From Nostoc sp. (GTDB lineage Bacteria > Cyanobacteriota > Cyanobacteriia > Cyanobacteriales > Nostocaceae): 64,000 nucleotides of DNA. The stretch lies in the NCBI RefSeq assembly GCF_036916855.1, contig NZ_JBALFE010000029.1. One strand, 5' to 3'. Of the stretch, positions 60,203 through 64,000 are shown piece after piece (positions within the stretch are counted from its first letter, which is position 1; each line of letters opens with the position of its first letter). The translations under genes and the position numbers were made by a program. Below the pieces are notes generated by a model. That model was not told the DNA's origin. It did no database searches and saw nothing but the letters and a program-made list of their open reading frames with translations.

Positions 60203-61723
60203 CTACGAACTGTGAACAAGCGACTGATAATTAGATATGCGATGTTTGACAACAAGCCGCTCTGTATCTACGCATCCTTTAGAAATATACTTTTTCAGCA
60301 ACTTACCCACAATCGAAATACCTTGCTCAATCTCCTCTGGCGGCATACAGAAAGTTAGACGCATCGCTGGATAACCCTGCTTATCGGGGAAAAATGCCGA
60401 ACCGCACGCCAGGTAGACATTTTGTGCAAAGGCTTCCTTACGAATTGTGCCAATCGGAAAATCATCTGGTAACTGTACCCAGAGAAATAATCCACCCGTG
60501 GGAACTGTCCACCGGACTTCTTCAGGAAAATAACGCTCCAAAGCTTGCAACATAGTATTACGACTTTGCAGATTATCTGTACGAAGTCGGCTGAGGTGAC
60601 GGCGATAATGTCCTGAAGCGAGATATTCGCTAACTATTGTTTGCGAAATACTGGATGTGTGCAAGTCATGGAGCAACTTACGCTCAATAATTGCTTGATA
60701 ATGCTTACCTGTAACTACCATATAGCCCACTCGTAAACCCGGCATTAAAGTTTTAGAAAAGGTACTTAAATAAGTCACCAAATTATTTTTATCTAAAGCT
60801 TTAATTGGCGCTGGCACAGCATCAAAATTTATTCCTTCATAAGCATTATCTTCTAAAATAGGGCACTCATATTTTTCGGCTAATGCTAATAATTCTTGAC
60901 GATGAGCTTGTGTTGTCGTCAATCCAGTTGGATTGTGAAAGGTACTAATCGTATAAATTAATTTCGGGCGGTGGCTGTGGAGATATTGCTCTAATAAATC
61001 TAAATTCATTCCCTCCGCAGTCATGGGAATGCCAATAATTTTAGCTCCTAAATTTTCTAAAATAGAAATTGCACCATAATAGGTGGGAGCTTCGACAATC
61101 ACCCAATCACCAGGTTGTACATAATAATTCATAGCTAATGACAACCCTTGCTGAGAGCCATTAGTAATAATTAAATCCTCTGGAAAAACTTCTAATCCTT
61201 GATGTACTAGCATCTGGGCAATTTGTCTGCACAGAGTTAGTTGCCCTTGAGGCATCTCGTGGGGAAAGAAAATATCAGCATCATCTTGTCTTAATGCTCG
61301 TCTAGCAATCAGGTTAATATCTTTTGGAGGACGAGGATAACCGTAGCCAAAATTAATCATTTCTGGCTGCGTTTGTGCTTGCACCAGTGGAGTATACATC
61401 TCATAAAAAGAACACTTTCCTGGTTTTGTAATTATGACATTTTGGGCTGGAGCAAATTTAGATTCTAGGTTGGCACTTTTAAGAGAAACGCTGCTGACAA
61501 AGTATCCTGAACCCTGACGGGCAGAAACAATCCCATCTGCTTCTAAAACGTTATAGGCTTCAATAATCGTGAGTTTGTTAACTTGTAAACTTTCTGCCAG
61601 AGAGCGGATAGAAGGGAGGCGATCGCCACTTTTGAGTGCGCCAGATTTAATGAGACGACTGATGCGATCGCGAATCTGTAAATAAATGGGTTTGTGTGAC
61701 TGCCGTTCTAACAAAATTTTCAT
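60203..61723 (-). CDS. MocR/PdxR-type regulator: GntR winged-helix domain fused to a class-I aminotransferase-like domain
   Basis: 507 aa from MKILLERQSHKPIYLQIRDRISRLIKSGALKSGDRLPSIRSLAESLQVNKLT. The C-terminal domain has the PLP lysine in YLSTFSKTLMPGLRVGY. Confidence 0.88.
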   Translation of the reverse strand: MKILLERQSHKPIYLQIRDRISRLIKSGALKSGDRLPSIRSLAESLQVNKLTIIEAYNVLEADGIVSARQGSGYFVSSVSLKSANLESKFAPAQNVIITKPGKCSFYEMYTPLVQAQTQPEMINFGYGYPRPPKDINLIARRALRQDDADIFFPHEMPQGQLTLCRQIAQMLVHQGLEVFPEDLIITNGSQQGLSLAMNYYVQPGDWVIVEAPTYYGAISILENLGAKIIGIPMTAEGMNLDLLEQYLHSHRPKLIYTISTFHNPTGLTTTQAHRQELLALAEKYECPILEDNAYEGINFDAVPAPIKALDKNNLVTYLSTFSKTLMPGLRVGYMVVTGKHYQAIIERKLLHDLHTSSISQTIVSEYLASGHYRRHLSRLRTDNLQSRNTMLQALERYFPEEVRWTVPTGGLFLWVQLPDDFPIGTIRKEAFAQNVYLACGSAFFPDKQGYPAMRLTFCMPPEEIEQGISIVGKLLKKYISKGCVDTERLVVKHRISNYQSLVHSS

Positions 61724-61939
61724 TTTGGCGCACTCGTCAATGACTAAATAATCATCAATACTGGCAATATAAGCTATTTTTATCAACTTTACCTAGTACA
61801 GTTAGGAGTTTTTTTACTATACCAGTTGAGATGCTTCTTAACTGTACTAGATCAAATACGCCAAAACTGTACCTTCTCAGTTAAAAATTCTTACGTAAAA
61901 CTAAAAGTAATGGTTCACTATTTATCAGGTGCTTTCACT

Positions 61940-62155
61940 ATGAATAAATTTAATTTTTTGTTAAATTTACAAAAATATTGGCAACATTTTGTCATCTGGA
62001 TGAGTAGCGGTTCTGACCTCCAAGTTTGGCACGAATCAGACCGGCGTGGTCACACTTCTTGTTGGCACGCCTACGATCCGATCACAGGACGCTCTGCCTG
62101 TTTTGGTTCTGAAGAAGAAATGCGAATTTGGATTGATAAATGTTACTACAGATAG
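61940..62155 (+). CDS. Small hypothetical protein (71 aa)
   Basis: MNKFNFLL...QVWHESDRRGHTSCWHAYDPITGRSACFGSEEEMRIWIDKCYY. It is divergent from the MocR gene. It looks like a small family I recall from Nostocales, but this is unverified. Confidence 0.5.
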   Translation: MNKFNFLLNLQKYWQHFVIWMSSGSDLQVWHESDRRGHTSCWHAYDPITGRSACFGSEEEMRIWIDKCYYR

Positions 62156-62530
62156 CATTTATAGCGTTTTTCGTTTATATGCAATACACCCTGACCTCAC
62201 TTCTATTCCTCTCTCCTTTTAGGAATAGGAGAGAGGCTTTGATTCTTACTCGCCAACACTCGTAGAGGAGCCAATGCGTTGCATATTTCTCCCGTTGTAG
62301 CAACTGATATAAGGGATTGTTCTTCTTAGGTATGTATTGGAATCAATTGAGAAGCGTTAGCGAGTCTCCGTACCCCTACTCTTAAAGCTTGCTAGTAAGA
62401 GCGTCTCGTAAAGAGCTTCATTACAAATTAGGAATTTCGCGCAGCGGTACTAGTATGTCAAAATAAAAATACCCGATACCTCAAGGTGAGCGATCGCTCC
62501 AAAAGCTAGATTAAAGGATTGACCTGAGCA

Positions 62531-63211
62531 ATGGCAGACCCAACCAATCACAATCAAGCGGGAGAAGTAGCTCCCAGCACTGTTGACAAGCAAGCTCCCA
62601 GTGTGGCGGAAGAACACGCTCCTAGTACAGACTCACCCGAAGCCACAGACATTCCTACTGCTAACGCGCCAGATCCGAAAGCCGCAAACCCCGAAGATAA
62701 CCCCAATGCTGCTAAACCGGCTGCTGCATCACCCAAGCGAGAAAAACCCGCAGGCGCAGTAGGCGAAAAACCCGCCGCCGCAACAGGAGAAAAACCAGCC
62801 GCCGCAGCTAAAGCCGCCAAAAAGGAAAAAGCCCCATCTGTTGAAGATAAGCCATTTGTAGAGTTCATCGAGCAAGACTACTTGCCAGCTTTACAAAAAG
62901 CGATCGCTCAACAAGGTGTGCAAGATTTACAGGTGTCTTTTGCCAAACAGAAGGTTCCAATCACTGGCTTTGAATCCGCCGAAGAATGCTGGCAAATTAT
63001 CGGCTGCTGGTCGGAAATCGGTCGGCGTCAGTTTAACCTGTATTTCCCCGAAGAAGATATTCAAGGGAAAAAGGGATTTTCCTGCAATGAAGGCAAAAAA
63101 CCCAGCACTCTTGAGTCATTCTTAATCGATGAGCGCAAAACTACCCTCGATTTGTTGGTATTTGGCTTAGTTCAGCGCTTGGAAGGTCAAAAGTGGTTAG
63201 GTATAAATTAG
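62531..63211 (+). CDS. Hypothetical protein with a Pro/Ala/Lys-rich disordered N-half and a conserved C-terminal domain (DUF2996-like)
   Basis: 226 aa. The N-half is low-complexity (AAKPAAASPKREKPAGAVGEKPAAA). The C-half is FVEFIEQDYLPALQKAIAQQG...CWQIIGCWS...RQFNLYFPEEDI. Confidence 0.7.
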   Translation: MADPTNHNQAGEVAPSTVDKQAPSVAEEHAPSTDSPEATDIPTANAPDPKAANPEDNPNAAKPAAASPKREKPAGAVGEKPAAATGEKPAAAAKAAKKEKAPSVEDKPFVEFIEQDYLPALQKAIAQQGVQDLQVSFAKQKVPITGFESAEECWQIIGCWSEIGRRQFNLYFPEEDIQGKKGFSCNEGKKPSTLESFLIDERKTTLDLLVFGLVQRLEGQKWLGIN

Positions 63212-63302
63212 TCATTGGTCATTGGTCATTGGTCATTGGTCATTAGTTTTTAACAAAGGACAAAGGACAAAGGACAAATGACAAAGGACAAATGACTAAT
63301 AA
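63211..63302. repeat. STRR-type heptamer tracts
   Basis: (GTCATTG) x5, then tttttaac, then (AAAGGAC/AAATGAC) x6. They lie between convergent genes. Confidence 0.9.
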
Positions 63303-63305
63303 CAA

Positions 63306-63800
63306 TTAAAGTTCGTGGAAATGGTAGGTAACGGCTCCAGTATTGGGGTCGTTATCTATTTTCACATAACCTGATTTGTACATCTCCTTAAGAGTAGCTT
63401 CCACTTCAGCAAAGCTAGCTCCGGTAAACTTCACCCCTTGAGTCACAGTTAAAATACCACCCTTGCTTTCCGCCGCTTCGATCAGCTTCATCATAAGTTG
63501 GCTACCAGTTGGGCGGTGGACTTGAGAGGCAACAACTGCTTGATTCAACGGCACACCCAAGGGAGATACACCCGCTTTTAATCTCAGGTTACGTTCGTAT
63601 TCGTCAACCATGCCGGGGATAAACAACAAATCCACAACCTGCCCTATACCAAATACACCACCAGTCAACAGCCACAACAAACCAGTCCCGATCTTGCCAT
63701 TGTAGAAACGGTGCAATCCTCCCACCCCGATAAATCCGACTGCACACAAGATGTAAGAGACAAGAAGTCGGTCTTTCTGCTGATTGTTTTCAAGATTCAT
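63306..63800 (-). CDS. TM2-domain membrane protein with a soluble C-terminal domain
   Basis: 164 aa. TM2 signature [37 protein letters not shown]. Confidence 0.8.
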   Translation of the reverse strand: MNLENNQQKDRLLVSYILCAVGFIGVGGLHRFYNGKIGTGLLWLLTGGVFGIGQVVDLLFIPGMVDEYERNLRLKAGVSPLGVPLNQAVVASQVHRPTGSQLMMKLIEAAESKGGILTVTQGVKFTGASFAEVEATLKEMYKSGYVKIDNDPNTGAVTYHFHEL

Positions 63801-64000
63801 CTTGTTTTCAACCCTTTGGATTTGCTCTTGTTATCTAAAATGGTTGATCCATACTGTTTTTTATACTAAGCATGGATAGCTAGACTTAAATCTTGCACCA
63901 GTTGCTTTATGGCAATTTTTGTAAGTAGTTACTGCTGTTAGCTCCAACTCTGATTTGACGTTGTGGGCAGTATCCAATCTACAGTTGTTGATAATAGTGC

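Overview
This 64-kb segment comes from the chromosome of a filamentous, Nostoc/Anabaena-type cyanobacterium. Three things support that. GCGATCGC (HIP1) octamers are scattered through most genes (e.g. 1108-1115, 1318-1325, 57179-57186). Heptamer-based STRR-like tandem repeats fill many spacers. The gene content is cyanobacterial (petC-petA, a CpcS-type bilin lyase, a HEAT lyase-like protein). The housekeeping blocks are pilT-pilB; grpE-dnaK-dnaJ-tusA-like-rsgA; a GH57 glucan enzyme; petCA; tatC; a lytic transglycosylase; infC; tal-pyk-gap1; hsp20; and metY-metX. Accessory material lies between these blocks. The main accessory items are: (i) a translationally coupled P-loop ATPase and a 1,722-aa protein (N-module/TPR/STAND/coiled-coil/TM/14xWD40) at 20.1-26.6 kb, preceded by an NtcA-like promoter; (ii) next to it, an AT-rich lipase-like hydrolase divergent from a glycine-zipper membrane protein, plus an Uma2 nuclease; (iii) a KamA / SET / ATP-grasp cluster convergent with a MATE exporter (29.5-33.8 kb); (iv) a secreted Arg/Gln-rich tandem-repeat protein (44.95 kb); (v) a cytoplasmic vWA protein with a duplicated C-terminal domain; (vi) a coiled-coil/NB-ARC/TPR STAND protein bracketed by 42-bp and 21-bp tandem arrays (56.5-59.8 kb). 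Three intact Uma2 genes, one Uma2 relic, MITE-like elements, a dispersed ~30-nt repeat and several in-frame repeat insertions in coding regions are also present. I did not recognise any rRNA, tRNA, CRISPR array, transposase, integrase or prophage genes, but I could not run a systematic scan. All functional calls rest on reading motifs in the translations. No database search was run.
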